Source of the DNA: the human T2T-CHM13v2.0 reference genome, Homo sapiens
DNA: 64,000 bases
NCBI RefSeq assembly: GCF_009914755.1
Contig: NC_060930.1
Strand: one strand, 5' to 3'
Below the pieces are notes generated by a model that saw only the letters and a program-made list of their open reading frames with translations, had not been told where the DNA came from and searched no databases. A program made the position numbers and the translations under genes. Below, piece after piece: positions 19,922 to 32,580 of this stretch (positions are counted from its first letter, which is position 1; every line of letters begins with the position of its first letter).

Positions 19922-20615
19922 TATATATATTATATATATTATATATCATATGTATTATATATTATATATATTATAATATGTATTATATATTATATATATT
20001 ATAATATGTATTATATATTATATATATTATAATATGTATTATATATTATATATATTATAATATGTATTATATATTATATATATTATAATATATATTATAT
20101 ATTATATATAGTAATATATATTATATGTAATATGTATTATATATAATTATATGTAATATGTATTATATATTATGATATGTATTATATATAATATATATAT
20201 TATGATATGTATTATATATAATATATATATTATGATATGTATTATATATAATATATAGATTATGATATGTATTATATATAATATATATATTATGATATGT
20301 ATTATATATAATATATATATTATGATATGTATTATATATAATATATATATTATGATATGTATTATATATAATATATATTATAATATGTATTATATATAAT
20401 ATATATATTATAATATGTATTATATATAATATATATTATAATATGTATTATATTATAATAATATGTATAATATGTATATATTATAATATGTAATATATTA
20501 TAATATGTATTATATATAATATATATGATATATTATATATGTAATATATTATAATATGTATTATATATAATATATATGATATATTATATATGTTATATAT
20601 TATAATATATATATA
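19922..20615. repeat. ~690-bp AT-rich minisatellite (28-30-bp units)
   Basis: Units such as tattatatataatatatatattatgatatg; almost exclusively A/T. Confidence 0.95.
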
Positions 20616-20670
20616 TTTGTACTGGTAGATAGATAATGCTAGAAGGATACTTTAAGAAATAACAGTGATT

Positions 20671-20932
<262 letters not shown>

Positions 20933-21511
20933 TTACCTCTGGATATCATCACATATTTTTGAAATGAGAACTGGTAGAATTTACCAAAAGAGAGAGATTT
21001 TTGCAGTTAGCTTCCTATATGCCTCAGTGTTTGAACCATGTGAAATATTACATATTGTAAAAATTGAATGACATTTTAAAAGAATTAAGCTAACTTTTAG
21101 AATGGGGTAACTTCTCTTTTAAGAGGATATATCAAGCTGAAATTCACAATTTGTGAAATTTAACCTGTGTAATTTGACAAGATATTTTAAAACTATCAAC
21201 TTAATCTGTATGATAAATTATATTAATACTGACAACAGTGAAATACTGAATATTTTGGAAGGAACTTGTGAATCATAAAATCAAATCTAATTTGTTAATT
21301 TTGCTCTATCATAATTGCATGTTTGGCAATCTATGTTTGATTGACAACAATATTGCCCTTAGGTCAGATAAACTAGATTACACTACAAAACCACAGGACA
21401 ACACATTACCAGGAAACACAGTGAAAATGACTTGTATGCATTACTTTAATTTTTGAATATAATAAAAATAGTGAACATAAGACAGAATATAAACCAAAAA
21501 TGGTAAAATAC

Positions 21512-21556
21512 CTGTTTTTATAGATGGAGGTTCTCTTTCTCGATGTTCAGCTTTTT
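21512..21556 (-). CDS. TRDN: Triadin microexon (~exon 32), 45 nt, KKAEHREREPPSIKT
   Basis: Sense: tttctttctctag|AAAAAGCTGAACATCGAGAAAGAGAACCTCCATCTATAAAAACAG|gtattt. Confidence 0.95.
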
Positions 21557-23653
21557 CTAGAGAAAGAAATCAAAATTCACTGGCAATCTGTGGATTCTTT
21601 GGCAAATATTTCTTATTTATATATTTGCAAGTGATCCTCAGTTTACCCAAGAGGCATGCCCCAAAGTCATTTTCATGTAATTTGAAACAAAGAAAGCATA
21701 TTGCCATAAAAAAATTATAAACAGGGTTAGGTTCTTTCTCAGGACACCCAGGAAAAGGCTTTTTTCTACATTTGGCTGAAAGACAGTATTAGGGTTTTAT
21801 CCCTTTGGGGGCTGTGTTGTATAAGAGGATAGAATATGGCAAAAAGGAGAATAAGAATATTGTTTTATTTGCTGAAAGTTGAATCATTCTTTGGGGACAT
21901 TTTTAGTGGATGGTATTTGTCTTTGACATTTTATCAACTCCTCTTTTTTCCTCTTTGAATCCTAGTAACCTTCTTGCCAGTTAGAAGCAATGCACTGCTG
22001 AACACTAGTTTCTTATTGAAAATTTAAACTAAATCTGCTGTATTCCAGAGAGTGCCACATTTTGTATTTTTATTGACCTGTACCACCCTCCCTTTCCAGG
22101 TTTTCTTAAAACTCTCATAGCTGAATCTCAACTATTCTAGGATATGACAAAAAGAAATAAAAATGTATGAGTAATTGACATCCCTCTTAGTTCTCTGAAA
22201 AATATTTGAATTAAAAATTTTAAAGAGATCATTCTCTTTCATCAAAAGTGGAATTTAAAGTCAACCATATATGTGGGATATCTTGAATGGGATTGAGAAT
22301 ATCTGTCAATTGAGTAGGACTCTGGAACAGACCAAGTGTTACCTCTAATGACCTCTATGGTCAGTTCTTCTGAGCTGTTCTTGATGTTTACTTGTCCTTT
22401 CTTTCCCTCACTCTTGAATTTGGAGTTTCTCTAAACTTACTACTTTTCCCCCAAATTATGCACCAACACTGAAGTAGGTGGGAAGATGTGGGACTCCAGG
22501 TGTCATCAGACTAAACAGATATTCGTACATTAGGAACTGATAGCATTCAAGAATAAACTTCCATGAACTGAATTTGCATAAATGTTATAGTAAATAAGCA
22601 TTCAAAATAAAAGAAAATGCAGCCAATATTCAAGGTATTAAACTGTTATAACAGCATTAATAATAAATCAAGGGAATAATAATAATATAAAATATATATT
22701 CAAAATACAATTCACAGATTCTAGGATGTGAATGTGTTCTGATTAGAGTCATTCATTTGTGCTATATAGCCTAAACCACTTATATGTATTCCTAAGCTGT
22801 GTCACACGTTCACCTTTGGGTCTTGTGAAGCTATTTTGCATGCAAGAGCCAGAATATATTTGACCAACAGCCATTCATGCATTTGTCTAAGCTTGTGTTT
22901 CACAAATGTACACCATTCAACGACCAACATCACAATTTTGACACAATATTGAATATATTTGCTACCACAGTGGGTAAATATTTATGCCTTCCTGAGTCCA
23001 AAAGTCATCTTTAAACTCTTCATCACTATACTCTCTGTGTCACACCTGTACAGTGAAATGAAGGATCTTCAAAGTCCACATTCATAAGGACATTTCATCA
23101 TTGTAATGGACAAATGGCAAAATGTTTATAATTAAATGGATTTCTAAATGCCAAAGTTACCTACAGTTTAATTAATGCAGCTTAAAGCAAACAAATTAAA
23201 AACAGTATATGGTTCATAACACTGACAATTGTATATCATTTCATTTTCTGTTATTCATTACGTATGTTTAAAAGATTTCCAACCTACCTTAACTTACTGT
23301 GAGTGGTATTTTATAGCCTATATGGATTCCCTCTTTTAATATTAACCACAGTGACAGACTTCTGGATATTTCTTTTGTATAGTTATAATCATTAATTAGT
23401 AGTGATTTAATTAATCATTAATTATTAATCATTAATTGGTAGATTGATTTAACAAGAATGTTAAATCAATGCCATAGCAATAACATTAATTTATCACTAA
23501 CAATTAAATAGCAATAACATTAATTTATTATTAACAGTTATTTAGACACAGACAACACTGAAAATAACATTTTTCTTAAAAAAACTAAGCAAAATTGTTA
23601 AAGCTGAAATGGTCAAGCGATATTTCTCAGGTGTTATTCTATTCATCTCTTAC

Positions 23654-23671
23654 TTGTTGGTTTGGGCTTGG
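23654..23671 (-). CDS. TRDN: Triadin microexon (~exon 31), 18 nt, AKPKPT
   Basis: Sense: ctccattctccacag|CCAAGCCCAAACCAACAA|gtaaga. Confidence 0.93.
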
Positions 23672-24844
23672 CTGTGGAGAATGGAGGCAAGCACATGGCA
23701 TATTGATGAGTACAAACCATGGAAAAAATAACTGTTTAGTATTTGTATTTACTTATTCTTAATTTTAGGTCACCTCCTTAGCTTAAACTTAACCTGTTTT
23801 CTTTGACCACTAATATTTTACTGTCAGCAAATACATTAATCAAACTGCAAAAAACTAGTAAGACACATGCTACGCACATAAAATTTAAAACAATCTATAT
23901 ATTTGAGTCACAAATACATTGAGCTAGCTTCTTCATAATTCCCAAACATCCATACAACTGAATGAGATACTCAGGTGGCCATATTAATACCTTAGGGTGC
24001 AAATTAAAGGAACATTTACTAAAATTATAAACTTAGGCAGTGGTCGGAAGAAAGTATAATGGTCATATGAAGTAATGTGAAAACGGCCTTATGAGATTTC
24101 TTTCTTTCTACTTATAAACTAGTCTATAATTTCTAGGAATAATTGGATCTCTCCTGAATTCTATTATATTTTTTCCTCCAAGAAACTATTTAAATCCTTA
24201 TTATCTGATTATCTCAGGGAAAAACATGTTTCACAGAGTTTTTCTTTTGGAATGATTATTAGTAAGAGATGGGATTCTCTTAATGGCTGAGGTGGGTAGG
24301 ATTTCTGTCTTGGAATCAAACAGAGGAAGTTCAGTGACTCAGATGTGAATTGATTTCAAGACTCATAAGTTTTCTTTTTCCTTACAGGAAAAACTTCTGA
24401 ATTGCAAGAGTATGTATCTTTTCTTTCTCATATGAACTAATGATAGATGGAGTGTTTTTACTTTAATATTTTATGTTCTGTTGATCATTCTCTAAGGCAG
24501 ACTTTAAAGTTATATAACCATATCCCTCTCTATGGAGCTTCCATGAAAGTAAATTATTCCAGCTAATTTATAAATAGTAGAAAGTTTCAGACTTCTGTAA
24601 TTTTAAGATTTGAGGAAATGTGGTTTAAAAATAAGATTAAACACCTAAGTATACATGGTAATCAATGCATTATATAGATTTTCTCATGAATTACACATAA
24701 GCTTAGCTCAATCACACTTAAAGTTATGCTACTCTAGCTATTATTTTTTAACAAAAATTATATTGAACATATTTTTAGTTATTCACAAGAATTCAGAATG
24801 TTAGAAGTTATGGTACTGAAAGCCTACACACTTCAGTGAAGGGC

Positions 24845-24869
24845 TGTGTGTGTGTGTGTGTGTGTGTGT
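24845..24869. repeat. (TG)12 microsatellite, read as (CA)12 in the TRDN pre-mRNA
   Basis: Direct reading; ~75 nt downstream of the donor of the 24944-24991 exon. Confidence 0.95.
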
Positions 24870-24943
24870 CTGCATGCACACATATGAGTGCACCACATAA
24901 CATATAATGAGACATAGAAAAAAATATAAAATACCTTATTTAC

Positions 24944-24991
24944 CTGTTTTTTCTATTGTGACAGCTTTTACCTGCTTGAGAACTTTTTCTT
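24944..24991 (-). CDS. TRDN: Triadin microexon (~exon 30), 48 nt, EEKVLKQVKAVTIEKT
   Basis: Sense: ttttttcctatcacag|AAGAAAAAGTTCTCAAGCAGGTAAAAGCTGTCACAATAGAAAAAACAG|gtaaat. Confidence 0.95.
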
Positions 24992-26768
24992 CTGTGATAG
25001 GAAAAAATGTTAACACAAGTAGGAAATTTGAATACATCAGTGACATATTTCAACCATGATTTTTGTATTCTTTTGAAATAGTGCCAATGCCAAGAAAAAC
25101 TTGTTGCCTCAATAAAACAGCAAAAACATCTTCTATTCAAATTGGATGAAAGCACAAAGAAAATCTGTCCAGCTGAAATGTCCTTTGCAGCTATCTTGCT
25201 ATAGAAGTTTTCCTAACTTAAATTGTTCCCTAACATGCCAATATGAGCCCTATTTTTTGCCTTCACTGTATTTCAGTGTATTTATCTGCCCAGAGGTACT
25301 GCTTTATAAAATATATGTTCCCTTACTATTATTAAATTAGAATAGGAAGGAGCAATTTTTTATCTTCTTGTACTGATACCTCCCTGGGAACCCAGGAATA
25401 GGTGGAGAACCCAAATTTCTTACAGTGTGAAGCTGGGGAAGAACAAAGTTGATGCCTTTGTGGGATGTCCTTTGTTCTCAGTGATTTTTCATAGTCAAAG
25501 ATGTTTGGGTCAAAGTAAAGAGATTATTGCCCTGATACTACATGAAATTAAACTTCTCAAGCATTTCACACTGGGTATGAATCAACTGATCAAATATCCT
25601 AAGTAGAAAGTTTCACTGGATAACAGAGAATTTAAAGAGCATGGTGGTGTAACTGAAGTAAAAGAGTTGTTCCTACAAGACAATGCATTTGATGTACGCT
25701 CAGAGACTAAAGTCTGTCACTTCTCTTTATTTCACCTCAAGTTGGCTAATATTTGGGACATAAGAAAATAACAATGTTTCATTTAATGAGGAGCTTCTGA
25801 AAGTTGTTTCTAAGGTTCTGCTTTTGTCAATACAGACAGCTCTTCTCACCTCTCCACACTCCAGCCCTGCTTTCCTTATTCCTATATTTTCTGTTGTTGG
25901 TGTATCACAGTTTTTTTAAAAGCATATGCAAAACAAATCACACAGACTAAAACCCATTGTATACAGATTTTCTGAAGTACAATTTATAAAAGTAAGCAAA
26001 GGATTTCCTAAGATTTGTTTAGAGCAAGTATGTTTTTCACTTTTCAAAGATTCTGGCCTAACTATATTCACAAATTGGGTACATATTTCAGCCTGGAATG
26101 AAAAATAATATTCTACAGAATAATCAGGGCTTGGGTAGCCTCAAAATTAAATTCATATTTAATTAGCTGAAATAAAAACTTGTTTTTATTCTTAAATAAA
26201 AATTAATTCATAACCTTGTTTTGATAAATTATGTATCTTTTTTTTACAAGCAGAACATATTAGCTTACTTCTACTTTCTACAAAATGCAAGACCAGGAAT
26301 AAAAAGAAAATAAGAAAGGGAAGGAAGGGTGAAGAAAATAAAGAGTCAGGAAAAGAAGCATGGAGAAATGTTGATTTCTTCAGCATTTTTGGGACTTGGA
26401 GAGTCTAAAATGATCATATTTTAATAAGCCAATCTGAATTACAAGTTTGCTCAGAATGCCTTGCCCAAATCAGAATAAAACAGAAAGTATAGAGCCCATT
26501 CATCTAAGTGCTGGGTGACTATGGTTTTTGTGCAAAGCTAACTCTCTGGTGGGAAGGGAAGACTAGTTGTCTAGTTACATCTCACTGGTTAAGTTCTCAG
26601 CACAAAAAAAAATTCTGAAGATGACTAAAATTGGAGATGGTCTAGAAGCTTATGACTTAAGACATGAATTGTCCCAAATAACTTTAGACTTGACTCTAAA
26701 CTCTTCCTTCTGCTAAAATTAGAACATTGAGAGGTTATTTGAGACTACAAATACCACCTGCAAAATAC

Positions 26769-26816
26769 CTGGTTTACCATGAGAAACAGTCTTTTCTGGT
26801 TTCACTATGTCTTGTT
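26769..26816 (-). CDS. TRDN: Triadin microexon (~exon 29), 48 nt, KQDIVKPEKTVSHGKP
   Basis: Sense: ttttattattttcag|AACAAGACATAGTGAAACCAGAAAAGACTGTTTCTCATGGTAAACCAG|gtattt. Confidence 0.95.
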
Positions 26817-27141
26817 CTGAAAATAATAAAAAGAAAATCTTTTTTAGGTATTTAGAAGCTGGGAAAATAGCTAGCAGATTTTAGCAAATGTGCCCATAGA
26901 GAAAAAATATTCTGAAATCTTCATATCATCCTTGTTTCTATGTAAAACTTAAAGGTTTTAGTTCATGAAAACAATATGCCAAGAATTCTTATTTACAAAA
27001 TTTTTGAAACTATAGTTTTCAAAACACAGGCTGTAATAAAACATAAATATAAAAGCACAGGTTGAAAATACATGATTTTGAAAACGTTTCAATATTTTTT
27101 CGTAAGAAAGTCTAAGCATAAAAGATAAAATTAATACATAC

Positions 27142-27168
27142 TGTGTATTTGCACTTTTTCAGATATAG
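27142..27168 (-). CDS. TRDN: Triadin microexon (~exon 28), 27 nt, AISEKVQIH
   Basis: Sense: ttatttattttag|CTATATCTGAAAAAGTGCAAATACACA|gtatgt. Confidence 0.95.
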
Positions 27169-27799
27169 CTAAAATAAATAAATAACATATTAGATTAAAT
27201 TACCTGCAAAATGGAGTATTTAACAATAACAAATACAACTGGTTATTGTAAATAGAACTAGGCATAACTAGCTTTAAATAGTACTGGGTTTCTGGTTAAA
27301 GAAAAGTAAAACTGGCAAAAATACAAAATGCTTATATCTGGTAAAACATATCCACCTACAGCAGATAAATATAATCAGGAAAATAAATAATAAAATACTA
27401 ATAAATCATAATAATATTTGTAATGTAACAAGGCTGTTATGATCCTTAATATATTGTAAATATATCACAAGAGCAACTATATTCAAGCTTATGATCAGTT
27501 GCCAGGTAAGTTCTGGTGAGAATTCAGGGGCTGAGGTACTACTGAATATGTGTCTAGATTTGTATTCTTGATTTGTTGATATTGAAGAATCTTGCTAAGT
27601 AATCTTTTATAATGAAGAAATAGCTACCATAGAGCCTGAGGGTTTTTTTGAACTTGCCTCAGGTCAATTGCTAGTTGGTACCAGAGGTATGACTTAAACA
27701 CTAAAAAACAATGTAGACTTGGAAAGGTCATACTTTTTTTTAGGTCAATGCTACCTTCTAATAAAATGATAGCATTTTAGGGACAATCTCTTAATGGGG

Positions 27800-28035
27800 G
27801 TACCCAGGGTTTGGTGCAAATCAGACACGGGGCAGACCCCTAGCTTCAACATTGATTAACTTGAAAATCCTGGAATAATAACTTATTTTCTGAACTTGAT
27901 CTATTGAACTGCTTCTTCAGATATTAAGTATAGGTAATAATGGCCATGCTGTCTGTTTCTCATAATGATATGATGAAAGTAAAAATCCTATGCTAGTCCT
28001 TAGCTCACAATAGATGCTTAATAAATTCTTGCTCT
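27800..28035 (+). mobile_element. MIR relic
   Basis: Weak match; the 3' end cttagctcacaatagatgcttaataaa resembles the MIR terminus. Confidence 0.5.
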
Positions 28036-28445
28036 CATTCCCTTCAAACCACAATAGTCTATAACTTTATGATTTTATAATTCTGGTATATTACTGGAAA
28101 TACTTCAGAATTATAAAAACAAAGCCACCAGAATTATGAAAATAAAGCCATAAGTTAAGCATGATTATTATTAATTTCATAAAAACCTTAGAAATGTCTC
28201 CAGAAACCTAGAGTCTCTGTTGAGATTTATTTAAGGCCATTTTCTAGGTGTTTTAGTCTAGGGAATATTCCCATTCTCACCTAATCCAGTGCTATAAAAT
28301 CATGTTGAGCAATGGAGTTGACAAAATAATGAGGAACTTGGAGACTATGTGCATGTCTCCCTAGTGAGATGTAAGCCTCTTTTAGTACTTAATAAAATAA
28401 AGATAATGTCAACTCTGAATCTATATAAAATAAAGCTCATGTTAC

Positions 28446-28475
28446 CTGGTTTTGCTTCTTTTTTAATTTGGGGCT
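28446..28475 (-). CDS. TRDN: Triadin microexon (~exon 27), 30 nt, EPQIKKEAKP
   Basis: Sense: ttttctctccctcag|AGCCCCAAATTAAAAAAGAAGCAAAACCAG|gtaaca. Confidence 0.95.
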
Positions 28476-28569
28476 CTGAGGGAGAGAAAAGGCAGAAAAT
28501 TTAAAACCTGAAAAAATAAACTAGAATGAAAATTAATTTTTAGAAATAATTTTATTTGGTTATCATAAT

Positions 28570-28687
28570 TGGGAGGATGAGGCAGGAGAATTGCTTGAAC
28601 CCAGGAGGCAGAGGTTTCAGTGAGCTGAGATCATGCCACTGCACTCCAGCTTAGGTGACAGAGCGAGACTCCGTTTCAAAAAAAAAC
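28570..28687 (+). mobile_element. Alu right-arm fragment
   Basis: gaggcaggagaattgcttgaacccaggagg followed by an A-tail. Confidence 0.92.
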
Positions 28688-28939
28688 CAGTTTTACACTG
28701 GTTTGCCAATGATGGACTATTAAACATGAAACAGAAACATGCTTTGCACTTGTCTGTGAAATTGTTGCTATAGCTCATTCTTTTAAATCTAAATTTTCTA
28801 CTTTTTTCTAAGATGATTATTGCAGAAAATAGTTCCAAAGTCAACATAAGATAAATTATTTTAACAACAAGAGTTGGAAGAGACTCTTTGAAATAGATCT
28901 AATTGGGTACTTACGTGATTTAGGAATTGAGACAAATAA

Positions 28940-31669
28940 TGTTATGGCTCAAATGTGTTCTCCCAAACAATCTGTTGAGTCCTAACCCCCAGTACCTAAG
29001 AATGTAACCTTATTTGGAAATAGGGTTGCTACTGATGTAATTAGTTAAGGTAAGATGAAGTCATGCTAGAGAAGGGTAGGTTTTTAATCCAATATGACTA
29101 TTGTCCTTATAAGAAGAGGAAAAGAGACACAAATAGAGAAGATGACCACGCGATAATAGAGGCAGAGATTGAAGTCATATATCTTCACACCAAGAAACAC
29201 CGAAGATTGCCAGAAAACACCAGAAGCTAGGAGAAGCAAACAAATATTCTCCTCTACGGTTTTAAAAAGAAGTGTTGCTTTGTCAACACCTTGATTTTGG
29301 ACTTTTAACTTCCAAAATTGTGAGAGAGAAAAATTTCTCCAGTTTTAAGCAACACAATTTGTGATATTTTATTGTAGCCATCCAAGGAAACTAATCAATT
29401 TTGGTTTAGGAACATAGGTGCTGCTGAAACAAATACCTGTACATGTAAAAGTGGTTTTGAAATTGGGTAATGGGTAGAGTCTAGAATAATTTTGAGACAC
29501 TTAATATAGAAAGCCTAGATTGCTTTGAAGAGATTATTGGCAGAAATATTGACATTAAAGGTTATTCTGATGAGGGCTCAGAAAGAACTCAAGAGAGCTA
29601 TAGAGAAAGCTCTTGTCATTTTAAATGATACATTTGTGACTTAGTCCATTTTGTGCTGCTATAATAGAATATCACAGACTGGGTAATTTACATAGAACAG
29701 AAATGTATTTCTTATACTTCTAGAGACCGTGAAGTTTGGGATTAAGGTATTAGCAGGTTTGGTCTCTGGTTTGGAGATAATGCCTTGTTACTGTGTCCTT
29801 CAGAGAGAAGGAATGCTGTGTCCTTACAGGGCAAAGCCAAAAGGGGAAGACAGCAGGCTAGCTGAACACTGCACGGAGCCTCTTTTATAATGGCCTTGTT
29901 CCCATTCACAAAAGAGGAGCTCTTATGGCCTAATCACCTCTTCAAGGCTCCAGCTGTCAATACTATTTATTACACAGGTAACACATAAATTTTGAGAAAA
30001 CACATTCAAATCATATAGATATATATTATTGTAAGTAGAAGTAGAATGTTGCTAGAAATATGAGTTTTAAAGATGAGGTCTCAAGAAAATGAGGAACATG
30101 TTATTGGCCACTAAAGGAAAGGTAATATTTTTTATAAAGTGGCAAAAAACTTAGCTTAATTGTGTTCTTCTGTTAGGTGGAAGATGGAAATAGTAAGTGA
30201 ATACTTAAAAATTTAGCTAAGAACATTTTCAAGCAAAGTATGGAAGGTGCAAACTGATTTCTCCTTGTTGTTTATAATAAAATGTGAAAAGAAAGATACA
30301 CATAAATTGAAGAAGATACCGTTAATCGAATAAGAACTGGCACTTACTGATTTGAAAATTCTCAGCCTATCTAGACAGTGTGCCATGGAGATAGAGCCAA
30401 GGTTGTGGTTGGACAAACTTTTGCTAAAGAGGTTAGATGTATGACTCATGGAGCCACTTCAGCAGAAGACAGAAATAGAGATGTGGTTATCCAGGAAACA
30501 TCTGTGGAGGACCCTCTTATCTAATGGCTTAGACGCCCCATGAATTGAATGTGACACTAGTCAGGTTTTCGAGAATTTTAAAGAAGCAAAAACAATGCCA
30601 GCCTGGACAAAAAAGGGACAGAGACATGATAAAATGAAGGGATAATGACTCCAGAGAAAAGCCATGAATTCAAACGCCTGGGTTAATGGGACCTCCTGTG
30701 GTGGAGAAGGCAGGGCTGTCAGCACACTGAGCTAAGAGGACAGGGCCACTGTTCCACCAGTCCCAGAGTACAGAGCACTGAGCCAGAAAGAATATTCTCA
30801 GGCTTTGAAATATGCTAGGTTTTGGATTTGCTTAGGACTCAGGACCTCTTTTTATTTTATTGCAATTTCTTCCCTTTAAAAGGGGAATGTCCATCCTATA
30901 CGTATCTCATCATTTTATTTTGGGAGTAAATAATTTGTTTCATGTTTTCACAGGTTCAAAAAGAGAAGAGGAATTTTGCTGAAGGAAGAATCATACTCCA
31001 AGTTTTATATGTAACTGATTTAGATGATTTAGATAATGAGATTTTGAACTATTGATTGATATTTAGATGAAATTTTGGACTTAGAACCATGCTAGAATGG
31101 TTAGGACTTTTAGAAATGTTGGGATGGGGTGAACATATTTTGCACCTATGGAGGACATAAATTTTGGGCCAGCCAGAGAATGGACTGTTATGGATTTAAT
31201 TGCATCTCTCCAAAAGGTATGCTTACATCCTAACCTCCAGTACCTTAAAATAGGAACTTGTTTGTAAATAGGGTTATTGCAGATGTAATTAGTTAAGATG
31301 TGGTCATGGGGCAGTAGGGTGGGTATTTAATCCAATATGACTGGTGTACTTATTAGAGGAGAAGGGTTTACAGAGCTAGAGACACAAAGGGAGAAGGTTT
31401 CCATGTGATGATGGAGGCAGAGTTTGAAAGTGATGCATCTACAAGCCAAGGAACACCAAGGATTGCTGGAAAACACCAGAAGATGCAAGGAAGGATTTCT
31501 CTCTACAGATTTCATGGAAAGCATGTCCCTTGTGACACCTTCATTTTGGACATCTACTCTCCAGAACTGTGAGACAATAAATTTCTGTTGTTTTAAGCCA
31601 CCCAGTTTGTGGAATTTAAGCCACCCAGTTTGTGGAATTTTACTACAGTAGCCCTACAACAATAATACA
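28940..31669 (+). mobile_element. MaLR MLT1(B/C) element with both LTRs (28940-~29396, 31186-31669) and internal region
   Basis: Both LTRs start tgttatgg and share cctaacc.ccagtacct, aaatagggtt and gatgtaattagttaag; purine-rich stretch before the 3' LTR; 23-bp tandem duplication in the 3' LTR. Confidence 0.88.
29636..30018 (-). mobile_element. MST-type solo LTR nested in the MLT1 internal region
   Basis: cttagtccattttgtgctgctataa..cagactgggtaattta..cacattcaaatcata. Confidence 0.8.
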
Positions 31670-32122
31670 ATTATGAAACATTAAACAAAATTTTAACTGT
31701 GTTCAGAACCAGACAGTTGAGTGTTCTTTTGAAAAAGTTTCTACTGCCTACTGTAGCCTTCAGAAATGTTCATCTGACTCAGAAGCCTCAAAAGAGAGAA
31801 GGATGAGAGCAGATGTTTTGCTGATTGAATGTCTGTGTCCTACAATAATCAGAGAAAATCTTGGTTTTGTGGGAATCAATTCAATTACTTAGTTACTTCT
31901 TCTGAACCATGTAAATTTCTCAGATATTTCACCTATGCAAATAGAGGTTTTTCTAGAAATGGGTAGCATAGAGAAATATATATTTTGTTAGTTTTTTTTT
32001 AAGTTGGTCAAGGATAAAATTTGATAAAATATTTGTACTAGGACATGACATTTGCAAAGAGATATTGTGCTATTTATTCTAAACATGGAAATCATATATG
32101 TGTATAAATAAAATATACATAC

Positions 32123-32152
32123 CTGGCTTCTCTTCCTTTTTTCCTTGTAGTT
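32123..32152 (-). CDS. TRDN: Triadin microexon (~exon 26), 30 nt, QLQGKKEEKP
   Basis: Sense: actaatgttcatctatatttttag|AACTACAAGGAAAAAAGGAAGAGAAGCCAG|gtatgt, with a branch-point-like ACTAAT. Confidence 0.95.
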
Positions 32153-32379
32153 CTAAAAATATAGATGAACATTAGTAACAATGATTATAGAAAGATATTC
32201 ATTTCCTATATACTTGTGCATATTTATTTTTATATAATTATTTTCTATGTTATTCATTGGTTTCAATCTCCTATTAACTTCGAAAAGTTCATGTCATATT
32301 AACCATATTCTTATGATTGTGGCAAACTAGTACGTAACAACAGATTCCTCACTATTATTCCAGTAAGAAATATTTTGAG

Positions 32380-32580
32380 AGCCAGGCATGGTGGCTCATG
32401 CCTGTAATCTTAGCACTTTGGAAGGCCAGCCAGGTGTGTTGGTGCGTGCCTGTAATCCCAGCTACTGGGGAGGCTGAGGCACAAGAATCACTTGAGGCTG
32501 GTAGGCAGAGGTTGCAGTGAGCAGAGATCACACCACTGCCCACTGCCTGGGCAACAGAGTGAGACTCTGTCTCAAAAAAA
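32380..32580 (+). mobile_element. Alu with internal deletion of most of the left arm
   Basis: gcactttggaaggcca is joined directly to gccaggtgtgttgg (start of the right arm). Confidence 0.88.

Noticed and set aside
19537-20615. Regularly spaced repeats as a CRISPR-like array
   Set aside because: Tandem units without unique spacers, in eukaryotic intronic DNA with no cas genes.
24940-25155. 71-aa minus-strand ORF from the ORF track
   Set aside because: It overlaps a true TRDN exon in a different frame and runs through intron; not a separate gene.
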